Below, piece by piece: positions 20,419 to 29,461 of a stretch of DNA of 64,000 bases; position 1 is the stretch's first letter; each line of letters opens with the position of its first letter. Both the position numbers and the translations under genes were made by a program. Source of the stretch: an uncultured virus (IMG/VR IMGVR_UViG_3300037067_003729) (taxonomy: Duplodnaviria; Heunggongvirae; Uroviricota; Caudoviricetes); IMG/VR virus record IMGVR_UViG_3300037067_003729. The stretch is one strand, 5' to 3'. A model generated the notes under the pieces. It was not told the DNA's origin, made no database searches, and saw only the letters and a list, made by a program, of their open reading frames with translations.

Positions 20419-20757
20419 TTACTCTGCCATAAAATATGTGCCATAATCATTTTGCACTAACACGCCGTCATTTTCTAGTTTTGATTGTGCAAGGTGGATA
20501 AATCTGCTGAGATTTTCGCTCCAAGTACCTGCGAGTAAAAACGAGTGAACAATTGTAATTGTACCTAAAATTTCAGAGCTGTTATATTGTGCTAATTCAA
20601 GAGCTTTTTCCCTAGTAACAACTCCAATGTCCTCTGCGCCCAATATACTTTTAGTAATATATAATGTTGTTTTCTCGCTGTCATCGTGCCCTGTAGCCGT
20701 GCGCTGTGTTACTGTGATATCCCCATAATGTTTTAATCCCTCTAATAATTTACTCAT
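20419..20757 (-). CDS. hypothetical protein (accessory cassette 2)
   Basis: GGAGG RBS; followed by AAAGGCTGA/TCAGCCTTT hairpin. Confidence 0.7.
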   Translation of the reverse strand: MSKLLEGLKHYGDITVTQRTATGHDDSEKTTLYITKSILGAEDIGVVTREKALELAQYNSSEILGTITIVHSFLLAGTWSENLSRFIHLAQSKLENDGVLVQNDYGTYFMAE

Positions 20758-20805
20758 GATATCCTCCAAGATTGTTCGTGGGCTGTTTGCCCTGCCGACA
20801 ATTTA

Positions 20806-20834
20806 ATTATACATCAATGCAATTGCAATGTCAA
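20806..20834 (-). promoter_or_regulatory. Consensus sigmaA promoter with palindromic spacer
   Basis: Minus strand reads TTGACA-TTGCAATTGCATTGATG-TATAAT (17 bp spacer containing TGCAATTGCA). Confidence 0.85.
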
Positions 20835-21237
20835 TGCATATTTTAAAATATATGCAAATGTCCATAAAATAGTCTATAAAGGATAGGTGAGTAAGGATGT
20901 ACGACACAATAGACGGATTAAAGGCCGGCATATTAAAAGATATGCCTTGTATATATAGCAATACAACAATCCAACTCCATAATCTTAAATCACATCTACC
21001 ATATAAATTTACATGCAAGTGCGGTAATAAATGGCATGATACAGGAGATGGATTTTGCGATGAATGCGGTAAATATACAACTAACGCGGTAATGGTAAGG
21101 TGATTGGATAAGGATATAAGAGGGAGTTACGACAGTTTGCAAAAGATAGGACTAATGGCCTATGTACTACCACTTAGATTCGCAGTAAACTAAAAATGTC
21201 AGCAGGGCAAACGCCCCTGAACAATTGGAGGTTTATT

Positions 21238-22191
21238 ATGGGGGAGTACATTTCGAACCAGGAAACAGGTAAATTAGAACTACATTTTAGCAAAGTGGAA
21301 TATCAGGCATTAAGCGAAAGTTTAAAATCAGAAATTAAGTCAACGTTTTTATTCTCAGGTAAAGCTGGAGCATGGGTAAGCAGATCAACAAACAACCATT
21401 GGAGAGCTGAACAGGTGGCAAAGAAATTAGGACTCGAAGATGGTGGCAAGATAGGAGAAAGACTCTCGTATGCTGAACAGCTAGAAGTTAAAGCAGAAAA
21501 GGCAGAAGCAAGAGCGGAACAGTTTGAGGAATACAGCGACAATGCAGAGAAAAGAGCAGTAAGCTTACAAGCACAATTTAACGAATGTCGTAAAGACTGG
21601 GCATGGTTAACTCAGCCGATCATTGCAGGTCATTCCGGGAGTAAGGCTTTCGCAAATCACAAAAATAAAGTCATGGCAAGATATGAGCGTGGTTTTGAGG
21701 AATATGAGAAAAGCGAATACTACCAGGACAGGGCAGCAACTGCTAGAGCCACAGCAGACAACGCAAAACTGAAAGATAAGGTTTATCTCGATAATAGGAT
21801 CAAGGAATGTAATAAATCAATTAAGGCTTTTCAGGGGCACATTGTAAGTTACGAAGAACAAATATATAGAATACAAAACGGCGAAGTAATAAAAAGCTGG
21901 CGCACAGACGAACCGTTGACAGCAGAAAGGCTTGAAGAATGTATACAAGAAAGACTTGATAAATACGAATACGAACAAGATAAACTAAGTTTCTTTGAAA
22001 ATTGTCTAGCTGAATTAGGTGGAATCGGATATAATAAAAGCAACGTTAAAAAGGGTGATCTTGTAAAAATCCGTGGAAGTTGGGGGAAAGTGTTAAGTGC
22101 AAATCCAACAACAGTAAGAATATTAAACGACCTCGGCTGGGACTGGATGAAATACCCTTATAGCGAAATACAAGAGTATAAGGCGGTGTAA
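21238..22191 (+). CDS. DUF3560-like protein
   Basis: KAEARAEQFEEYS.NA..RA, QPIIAGHSGS..F, SEYYQDRAA.A; C-terminal SH3-like KKGDLVKIRG.W. Confidence 0.7.
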   Translation: MGEYISNQETGKLELHFSKVEYQALSESLKSEIKSTFLFSGKAGAWVSRSTNNHWRAEQVAKKLGLEDGGKIGERLSYAEQLEVKAEKAEARAEQFEEYSDNAEKRAVSLQAQFNECRKDWAWLTQPIIAGHSGSKAFANHKNKVMARYERGFEEYEKSEYYQDRAATARATADNAKLKDKVYLDNRIKECNKSIKAFQGHIVSYEEQIYRIQNGEVIKSWRTDEPLTAERLEECIQERLDKYEYEQDKLSFFENCLAELGGIGYNKSNVKKGDLVKIRGSWGKVLSANPTTVRILNDLGWDWMKYPYSEIQEYKAV

Positions 22192-22192
22192 G

Positions 22193-22372
22193 ATGTTTAC
22201 ACCAACAGAATTAAAAATATACAACCTAGTGGTTGAAGGCAAGCGCAACAAGGAGATAGGGCAAGAACTAGGGATAAGCGAGCGAACAGTAGAAACACAC
22301 ATGAGAAATATATTGGTAAAGATACGATGCAGGAACAGAATAGAATTAATCATTAAGGAGCTTAGAAAATAG
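22193..22372 (+). CDS. Stand-alone LuxR/GerE-type HTH protein, absent from ORF track
   Basis: Hand-translated MFTPTELKIYNLVVEGKRNKEIGQELGISERTVETHMRNILVKIRCRNRIELIIKELRK. Confidence 0.85.
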   Translation: MFTPTELKIYNLVVEGKRNKEIGQELGISERTVETHMRNILVKIRCRNRIELIIKELRK

Positions 22373-22559
22373 GCTCCTTTCTTTGTGGATAAATACTTTA
22401 AGGGAGTTGATATTATGCCAGCAGATAAGAGACAAAACATTAAATGGATTAGTATAAGTTTAATATGGATTGCAGCTATTATGTTACACATCATTAACAT
22501 AAGCAGGTGATAACATGAATGAGATAGCAGTTAAAGAGCCTACAGAGGGGTGATATATA

Positions 22560-23102
22560 ATGGCAACTGATAAATTGACTATAAAGCAAGAAAAGTATGC
22601 ACAAGGTTTATTTGCAGGATTGAGCCAAAGAGAGGCGTATAAGCAGGCGTATAGCTGCGAAAACATGACAGACAAGAGCGTTGACGAGTGTGCCTGTGTG
22701 TTAGCAGCTGACCTCAAGGTCGTATCAAGGATTGACGAACTGACTAATGAGCTTAGATTACGTAATATGGTAACCGTTGAGAAGGTAGTATCAGAGTATG
22801 CTAAAATAGGCTTTTTTGACCCTAGAAAGCTATTCCATGATGATGGTAAGCCCAAGGATATAACTGAGCTTGACGACGAAACAGCGGCATCTGTGGCTGG
22901 TCTGGATATGCAGGAAGTATACGAGGGAACCGGTATAGATCGTACATTTGTGGGATATGTCAAAAAGTATAAACTCACAGATAAAAAGAGCGCACTGGAT
23001 AGCATGGCTAGATACCTGGGAATGTTCACGGATAAGGTTGAGCTGCAAGGTACCGTCACCTTTGAGCAACTCCTGAAAAATGCCCTTAGTTCGGGTGAGT
23101 GA
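22560..23102 (+). CDS. terS: Terminase small subunit
   Basis: LTIKQEKYAQ...GLSQREAY..AY, KIGFFDPRKL, K.KLTDKKSALD..ARYLGMFTDKVEL. Confidence 0.92.
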   Translation: MATDKLTIKQEKYAQGLFAGLSQREAYKQAYSCENMTDKSVDECACVLAADLKVVSRIDELTNELRLRNMVTVEKVVSEYAKIGFFDPRKLFHDDGKPKDITELDDETAASVAGLDMQEVYEGTGIDRTFVGYVKKYKLTDKKSALDSMARYLGMFTDKVELQGTVTFEQLLKNALSSGE

Positions 23103-23189
23103 TCTATTTGCTATACAAAGCATAGATTACGATTGTACATATTATGTATTTATGTTACAATAGATATATAATATGTGGAGGTGTAATGT

Positions 23190-23663
23190 ATGGCTAAAAA
23201 GATTGCGGTTGAATTAGTGGAACTTATCAACTTGGTAAACGGAGAAACCGCGACAAAAGAAAAGTATAAATTGTACATTGAGAGCTTAAAAAGGAAATGC
23301 GGTCTATGCGGAAAACCTTTTATTCCCGATGGTAGACCTGATACAAAGTATTGCGATACGTGTCAAGAAGCTGGCGGCGTAAAATTAGCTTACAAGAAAA
23401 AGATTTCAGAAAATGACTGTTTAAAACTTTATGCTCGCGAATATCAAAGACGGTATGCTCATATACGAAATTTGAAAGGGAAAGAAAGACAAGAAAAAAT
23501 GTCTGAATTAAAATTGTGGGTTAAAAACCAAAAAGCCACAGAACAAAAACGAGAAAGGGTAGAAGATAAACTCGTCAATATAATTCAGACATTTGAAAAG
23601 AGACCAATACCACAAGAAAAACCGAAACAGCAGAGAGAGTTCAAAACATTTTTCAAGAAGTAG
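23190..23663 (+). CDS. Zn-ribbon protein (DUF6076-like)
   Basis: KCGLCGKPF.P..RPDTKYCDTC. Confidence 0.6.
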   Translation: MAKKIAVELVELINLVNGETATKEKYKLYIESLKRKCGLCGKPFIPDGRPDTKYCDTCQEAGGVKLAYKKKISENDCLKLYAREYQRRYAHIRNLKGKERQEKMSELKLWVKNQKATEQKRERVEDKLVNIIQTFEKRPIPQEKPKQQREFKTFFKK

Positions 23664-23914
23664 ACATAACAACATTTCAGGAGTCTTAACAAGGCTCCTT
23701 TTTTCATGCAATTTTACCGATCTTGACATTTCAGCATACAACATATTGTGTTTACGCCGTGAAATATTACGCGAAATTTCACCCGAACCCTGTAACGCAG
23801 TGGTATCAACAAAATGGATTACACCACACCAGAATTTCGCGTCTAGTGACATAACATTTCAGAATTGAAACTTATCAAGTATTATAACCTGTTAATAAGA
23901 TTGTGAGGAATCAT

Positions 23915-24250
23915 ATGAAAGCCAAAGGATATGTTTATTTCATCCAATGCGATAAATGGTTCAAGATCGGCGCCACAGAAAATGTATACAGCCGCTTTAA
24001 TTCTATAAGAGTATGTAACCCGTTTGAAGTATCATTATTTCACACAATAAAAACTAATAATATGCATATAACCGAGAAATTATTTCAAGGCATGTTTGCA
24101 AGAGTCGAAGGACATGGAGAATGGTTTGAATTGTCTGATAAGAACCTCGAATATATCAAAGCGGGTAATTACACTGATAGGATAATCAAAAGCATTGGAG
24201 AAGCCAACAAGGCGATTACAATACCAGACTTGTTAAGCATTGCAGGGTGA
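23915..24250 (+). CDS. GIY-YIG / T5orf172-family nuclease
   Basis: GYVYFI..FKIG.T....RF...NP...EK.F...GEWFEL. Confidence 0.82.
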   Translation: MKAKGYVYFIQCDKWFKIGATENVYSRFNSIRVCNPFEVSLFHTIKTNNMHITEKLFQGMFARVEGHGEWFELSDKNLEYIKAGNYTDRIIKSIGEANKAITIPDLLSIAG

Positions 24251-24494
24251 TCCCATAACAGACACAGGAAGCTTGGAAGCTTCTTTTTTTATGGAATGAA
24301 AGCCATTGGCTTCAGATAATGGCATAAGACAGTTAGCTACTGCCAGGCAGGCGACCTCACACCTGCCTTTTCTTATGCCATTTTACTGTGAGGAAAAATA
24401 AAATAACATAGGTTGCCTGGCCGGGCGTAAAAGGTTATTGTTGCCCTAACGATGATAGCCTTTCCTTTTGTTGTCCTTTTAGGGAGGGATAAAC

Positions 24495-24831
24495 ATGAGC
24501 AGAAAAAACGCGCCCTTTAAGTCATATGAGGGCAAGAAGGCAAAGGATAAGCATGTTGCTTAGTAAAGCTTATTTGGAATTATCAGACAGTGCAAAAGCA
24601 GTCTACAACTATATGAAATTGTATTCATGCGGAAGTGATACTTTTGAATATCCTGTAAGTTTAGCCCTCAAATATACAAGTAAATCAACATTTCTACGTG
24701 TAAAAGATGAACTTATAGAAGCGGGTTTCATTGAATATGAGCAACACAACCAATTTTGTAGAACAAAAAACGTGTTCAAACTATCCGGGGAGTGGAGGAG
24801 TAAGAAGTCTATACCCCATGGTATTATATAA
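24495..24831 (+). pseudogene. Winged-HTH (replication-initiator-like) gene, frameshifted near 5' end
   Basis: GGGAGG RBS then ATG 24495 stops at 24563; wHTH body (AYLELSDSAKAVY..SKSTFLR..DELIEAGFI) is in another frame with no good RBS. Confidence 0.5.
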
Positions 24832-24837
24832 TATTGG

Positions 24838-25015
24838 GTGTCAAATTTAGACTAGCTTTGGGAAAGTTTCAAAAGTATAAAAAACAAGTTCAAAATGCTT
24901 ATACAAGGCCATTGTAAGTAAAATTCACTAGTATCAAATTTAGACAAGCAAGCAGGCTTTATCATACAAAGCTAGTGTCAAATTTAGACTAGATAGGTGT
25001 CAAATTTAGACTAGC
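24838..25015 (+). repeat. Four 18-bp direct repeats GTGTCAAATTTAGACTAG (iteron-like)
   Basis: Copies at 24838, 24931 (2 mismatches), 24975, 24997. Confidence 0.9.
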
Positions 25016-25142
25016 AAAATAAACCTGCCAGCATAAGGAGCACACCATGTTATTACTTATCTATCTTATCCTACTAGCCACAATCTTATTTTTCAACTAT
25101 GCCTGCCACAAAGACGATCCAGAAGATTAAAGGAGAATAGCC

Positions 25143-26228
25143 ATGTATAAAATCCCACTTTCCAAACCATCCTACCTACCCTACATCGATGAAGTATTAT
25201 CTGCCACAGAAAAAGTGTTGCGTTCTGGCCATATCGCAATGGGCCCTATTATTGAGGAGTTTGAGCAGCATATAGCTGATTATTGCGGCACCAAGTATGC
25301 CATAGCTGTATCATCCGGGACAGCTGGGTTGTTCCTGTGCCTTAAGTCTATCGGCATAGGTCCGGGTGACGAGGTTATCACCACACCGTTTTCATTCATA
25401 GCCAGTTCAAACGTCATAGTCCATGTCGGCGCGACTCCTGTGTTTATAGACATAGACAGGAGTACATATAATCTAAGCGTCCCCTCATTAATTCGTACAC
25501 AGCTAAGTGATAAGGTCAAAGCTATACTGCCCGTGGATACATTCGCAAACCCGTTCGACACAAACAGGATACACGGACTACCAATCATCCTTGATTCCTG
25601 CGAGTCATTCGGCAACAAAATGGACCGTCCTTTCGACGCAGCAGTATACGCATTCTACCCAAACAAAGCTTTGACAACGGGCGAAGGCGGCATAATTGTA
25701 ACTGATAATCAGGATATAGCTGAGTACTGCCAGGCAATGCGTAACCAAGGGCGAAAAAAAGGCGATCAATGGCTTGACTCATCTATGATAGGCTGGAATT
25801 TTCGCATGACAGATTTGCAGGCTGCTATAGGGCTGGTGCAGTTTAACCATTGGGACGAGATCAAGCGTAAACGGCAGTGGGTAGCCTTACAGTATACCGC
25901 CGAACTTAGTGAATTGTTCTGTAGCGGCCTGGTAAATTGGCAGGAGTATACGACAAATGATGTATGCCCATTCGTTTTTACCATCGAAGTCCCAAATCGG
26001 GATAAAGTAATGCGGTATCTGCTTGATCACGGGATAGAGGTTAAGCCTTACTTTCCATGTATTCACCTGCAAAAACCTTACAGAGACATGGGATATCGTG
26101 AGGGTATGTTCCCGGTGGCCGAAGAGGTTGCAAGCAGGACATTAGCCCTTCCGTACTGGAGCGATATGTCGGAGGATGAGGTTGTAGAAGTATGCCGAGT
26201 TTTGAAAGATGCATTGGAGGAAACATGA
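25143..26228 (+). CDS. DegT/DnrJ/EryC1 PLP sugar aminotransferase (LegC/PseC/PglE-like)
   Basis: AVSSGTAGL, GPGDEVITTPFSFIAS, DSCES, FYPNKALTTGEGG, GWNFRMTDLQAAIG, TLALP. Confidence 0.95.
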   Translation: MYKIPLSKPSYLPYIDEVLSATEKVLRSGHIAMGPIIEEFEQHIADYCGTKYAIAVSSGTAGLFLCLKSIGIGPGDEVITTPFSFIASSNVIVHVGATPVFIDIDRSTYNLSVPSLIRTQLSDKVKAILPVDTFANPFDTNRIHGLPIILDSCESFGNKMDRPFDAAVYAFYPNKALTTGEGGIIVTDNQDIAEYCQAMRNQGRKKGDQWLDSSMIGWNFRMTDLQAAIGLVQFNHWDEIKRKRQWVALQYTAELSELFCSGLVNWQEYTTNDVCPFVFTIEVPNRDKVMRYLLDHGIEVKPYFPCIHLQKPYRDMGYREGMFPVAEEVASRTLALPYWSDMSEDEVVEVCRVLKDALEET

Positions 26229-27421
26229 AAACAATAGCTGTCATAACTACCTGTCGGGCTGATTTTGGCTACCTCTACTGGATAATGAAAGATATTCAGT
26301 CCAGCGCAAAACTATCCCTGCAAATTATCCTTCCAATCAATCATCATGAGGTCAACAATATACTGAATGAATTTGGCTGCACCTATCTTACCAGCCCGAT
26401 ATCATCAATCAAAGATTACGGACAGTTTTATTCAGACTGCCACAAAATAATGTCGGACACAAGGCCGGACATGGTTGTAGTTTTAGGAGATCGCTTTGAA
26501 GTCCATGCAGCAGCCACAGCAGCATTATTATTAAGCATTCCCATAGCGCATATACATGGCGGTGAGACTACAACCGGAGCGTTCGACAATGAGCTTCGCA
26601 ATTCAATTACCCAAATGGCTACATATCACTTTACAGCAACAAAAGATTACGCCGAAAAAGTTGGTTTAATGTTAGGTAGTAAGCCTTTAATCAACTACCT
26701 TGAAGCAAATCCGCATTTACCAAATCCATGTATTTGGGATTGGTGTGAGGCATATGATATGTGGCTATCGGTTGATGACTGGGATAAATACTATCCTAAC
26801 CAAAAAATAAACATTTACAACGTCGGCTCTTCCGGTCTTGATTGGCTTACCCGTGCAAAGTTACTTTCAAAGGACAAACTACAGCAACACGTTTCAATCA
26901 ACTTAAACCAGCCGTTTATTATGGCGTGTTTTCACCCTGTAACAAAGGAACTAAACAAAACAGGAGAATACATCAGGGAGTTAATAACGGCGCTTTATAA
27001 AAACGATGTGCAAGTACTATGGATAAAACCAAACATTGACCCTAAATATGAAATCATAAACGAATGGATTGAATATGCCTGCAAATCTTATGAATGGAAC
27101 TTAGTTGATAACCTTGACCACCTCACCTACTTATCCCTGCTACAATATGCAGAAATTATGGTGGGTAATTCATCCAGTGGCATCATTGAATCTGCATCAT
27201 TCTACTTGCCGTCTGTGACTGTTGGTAGCCGCCAGGATGGACGTATCAAACCGGATAATGTATTTTCCTGCCCGTGCGAAACAGACGCTATTTTGACCGC
27301 CATGGGCCGTGCAAGGGAATGGAATGCGACGGTAGGAAAGTGCGAGAACCCATATGGGGACGGTAAGAGTTCGGAAAGAATCGTGAAGATATTGGAGGGA
27401 ATACCATGTATGACGGTATAG
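26225..27421 (+). CDS. neuC: Hydrolysing UDP/GDP-sugar 2-epimerase (NeuC/LegG-like)
   Basis: TTCRADFG, VLGDRFE, AHIHGGE.T.GAFDN.LR..IT, FHPVT, VGNSSSGIIE, GSRQDGR, NPYGDG.SS. Confidence 0.93.
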   Translation: MKTIAVITTCRADFGYLYWIMKDIQSSAKLSLQIILPINHHEVNNILNEFGCTYLTSPISSIKDYGQFYSDCHKIMSDTRPDMVVVLGDRFEVHAAATAALLLSIPIAHIHGGETTTGAFDNELRNSITQMATYHFTATKDYAEKVGLMLGSKPLINYLEANPHLPNPCIWDWCEAYDMWLSVDDWDKYYPNQKINIYNVGSSGLDWLTRAKLLSKDKLQQHVSINLNQPFIMACFHPVTKELNKTGEYIRELITALYKNDVQVLWIKPNIDPKYEIINEWIEYACKSYEWNLVDNLDHLTYLSLLQYAEIMVGNSSSGIIESASFYLPSVTVGSRQDGRIKPDNVFSCPCETDAILTAMGRAREWNATVGKCENPYGDGKSSERIVKILEGIPCMTV

Positions 27422-27765
27422 ATTATGCACTAAAAATACGGCTAGACAGCATAAAAGAATTAGAGGGCAACGATATTGATTTATTTTTTGACAACATAAT
27501 AAGGTTGGATAATATCTTAAGCGAGATTCGTAAAGAAATTGACTCAGGAGAAGCAAGAAAACAATGGTGTAAAACATGTACGGCTGAGAAACGTGTAAGT
27601 TTAGTTAGTTTAACCGATTGCATGGTATGTGCTATATTTTCACCATTTAAACAACCACTAAAATATACCGGACCTGAAACGAAAATAGGAGATAAAAAGG
27701 CAAAAAAAGTAATGAATCTGGTGAAAAGTTTTAATTTAATCATAAAAGAAGTAGAACAAACTTGA
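27406..27765 (+). CDS. hypothetical protein (CxxC motifs)
   Basis: 119-aa ORF overlapping neuC stop. Confidence 0.55.
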   Translation: MYDGIDYALKIRLDSIKELEGNDIDLFFDNIIRLDNILSEIRKEIDSGEARKQWCKTCTAEKRVSLVSLTDCMVCAIFSPFKQPLKYTGPETKIGDKKAKKVMNLVKSFNLIIKEVEQT

Positions 27766-27784
27766 TGTTTGAAAGGATAGAGAT

Positions 27785-28231
27785 ATGAAAACTGAAACTT
27801 TGGAAGCCATTAAAGAAATACAGGAATGGCAAGCGGCAAACAAACCGGATGAAAAATATACACCAAAAGTAAGCATAAAAGAAGAAGCTAAACTGATGGA
27901 ACGAAAGTATATTGATCTTATCTGCTCCTTGTTAACAAACAATATCAATTCATGGGAACAGGAATGCTGGCAAAAGATAAAACTTAACATAAAAAACTAC
28001 GAAATTATAGTCTGTTATCAGGGCGATGTAGATAATTATTTTGAAGTTAATGTAAATAATTTAGGGACAACAACAAGGATATTCCTTCACAGTTTACCGC
28101 TTGGGACAAATTACCGTAAATTAGCCAAAAGATCAGTTAAATATGTAGACAATTTGCACGAACTCAAAACCTTACAGCAAGGAAATGATTTGCTTATAAA
28201 TAACTACGATGAACTGCGAGGCGTTATATGA
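27785..28231 (+). CDS. hypothetical protein
   Basis: 148-aa ORF, stop overlaps next start. Confidence 0.55.
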   Translation: MKTETLEAIKEIQEWQAANKPDEKYTPKVSIKEEAKLMERKYIDLICSLLTNNINSWEQECWQKIKLNIKNYEIIVCYQGDVDNYFEVNVNNLGTTTRIFLHSLPLGTNYRKLAKRSVKYVDNLHELKTLQQGNDLLINNYDELRGVI

Positions 28232-28929
28232 AAACTTGCATCTTTTTAACCACCCGTTACGGTTCAACTCGCCTGCCAGGCAAGCACTTACTGACCATAA
28301 ACGGAGAAACATTGACTGATATACTGATAAAACGGCTGAAACACTCCAATATACCAATAATAATGTGTACACCGGATACCCCGGAAGATAATTTGCACAT
28401 GAAAGCCATAGCCGATAGAAACAATATCGGCTTTTTCAGTGGAGAAAGGCAAAATATCATAAAAAGGCACCTTGATTGCGCTTTGAAACACGAATTAGAC
28501 TTTATCATCAATATCGACGGTGATGATCCGCTGATTTGCCCCGAAACCGTTCAATCTGTCTACTACTGCGTTCAGCAATTGAAGGAACTTTCACCGATAC
28601 GCACGGTCGGACTGCCGTTGGGACTTAACGTGATAGCTTATCCCGTAAGTAAACTGGCAGAAGTCAACTTTAACACAGATACAGGGTGGGGGGCACAGCT
28701 TTTTAAAGGACAGTACGTGGAGATACCGTTCAAATACGACTACAACTATCGCTTGACAATGGATTATGACCTAGATTTTGACGTAATTATGGCAGTTCTG
28801 ACACAATGCAAGCGAAATATGATCGTCGGAGGGATATGCAACTGGTTACTCAAGCATCCAGACATTGCAAAGTCAAATTTGTACCTGAATAAGAAGTACT
28901 GGGAAAGAATGGAGGAATTATCAAAATGA
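28228..28929 (+). CDS. Acylneuraminate cytidylyltransferase (SpsF/LegF/KdsB family)
   Basis: RYGSTRLPGKHL, IDGDDPL, RLTMDY..DF. Confidence 0.92.
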   Translation: MKTCIFLTTRYGSTRLPGKHLLTINGETLTDILIKRLKHSNIPIIMCTPDTPEDNLHMKAIADRNNIGFFSGERQNIIKRHLDCALKHELDFIINIDGDDPLICPETVQSVYYCVQQLKELSPIRTVGLPLGLNVIAYPVSKLAEVNFNTDTGWGAQLFKGQYVEIPFKYDYNYRLTMDYDLDFDVIMAVLTQCKRNMIVGGICNWLLKHPDIAKSNLYLNKKYWERMEELSK

Positions 28930-29150
28930 GTTTAGAAAACGCAAAATGGATTGATGTAACTGAGAAATATGCAAAGCAGGAAAAACACTCTGACGACTTA
29001 TGCGATTGGTATCCAGGTTGCAATAGTAAAGCAAAATTCAGGGTAACACTAATAGACGGCAATAAAAGACACTTATGCAAAAGGCATTTGCCACAAAAGT
29101 TAGAGGCTTGCGACTACACTCATACGAAAGTTGAGGAACTGAGCAAATGA
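28926..29150 (+). CDS. small Cys/His protein
   Basis: CDW.PGC...LCKRH; overlapping start/stop. Confidence 0.55.
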   Translation: MSLENAKWIDVTEKYAKQEKHSDDLCDWYPGCNSKAKFRVTLIDGNKRHLCKRHLPQKLEACDYTHTKVEELSK

Positions 29151-29461
29151 AACTGAAAACGGAATGCTTTGGCTGTGATTTTAGAATTTCAGGAATGGAT
29201 AGATTCGGCGGCGGATGTGATTTGATGGAGCAAAGCAAACTTTGTATACGTGATAGTAATTTTGCAAACAACAACTTGAAACTTTGTATAATTTGCAAAA
29301 ATATAAGCAACAGACACACACCGAATCCGCATTGCAATTTAACAGAAGTATGGTTAAAAGAGTATGTTACGGGCAGAGAATGCCTGACTTTTAAATCATG
29401 TTCTAATATAAATATAAGCGGTGATTGTCCTGATTTTGAACAAATAAAGGAGTCTGTATAA
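29147..29461 (+). CDS. Cys-rich hypothetical protein
   Basis: Multiple CxxC motifs; overlapping start/stop. Confidence 0.5.
   Translation: MKLKTECFGCDFRISGMDRFGGGCDLMEQSKLCIRDSNFANNNLKLCIICKNISNRHTPNPHCNLTEVWLKEYVTGRECLTFKSCSNINISGDCPDFEQIKESV

Noticed and set aside
23662..23865. Short GACATAAC/ACATTTCAG repeats as a pac or res site
   Set aside because: Short, irregular and AT-rich; not enough evidence to assign a function
24838..25015. CRISPR mini-array
   Set aside because: Repeats are only 18 bp and gaps are irregular (about 75, 26 and 4 bp); no cas operon
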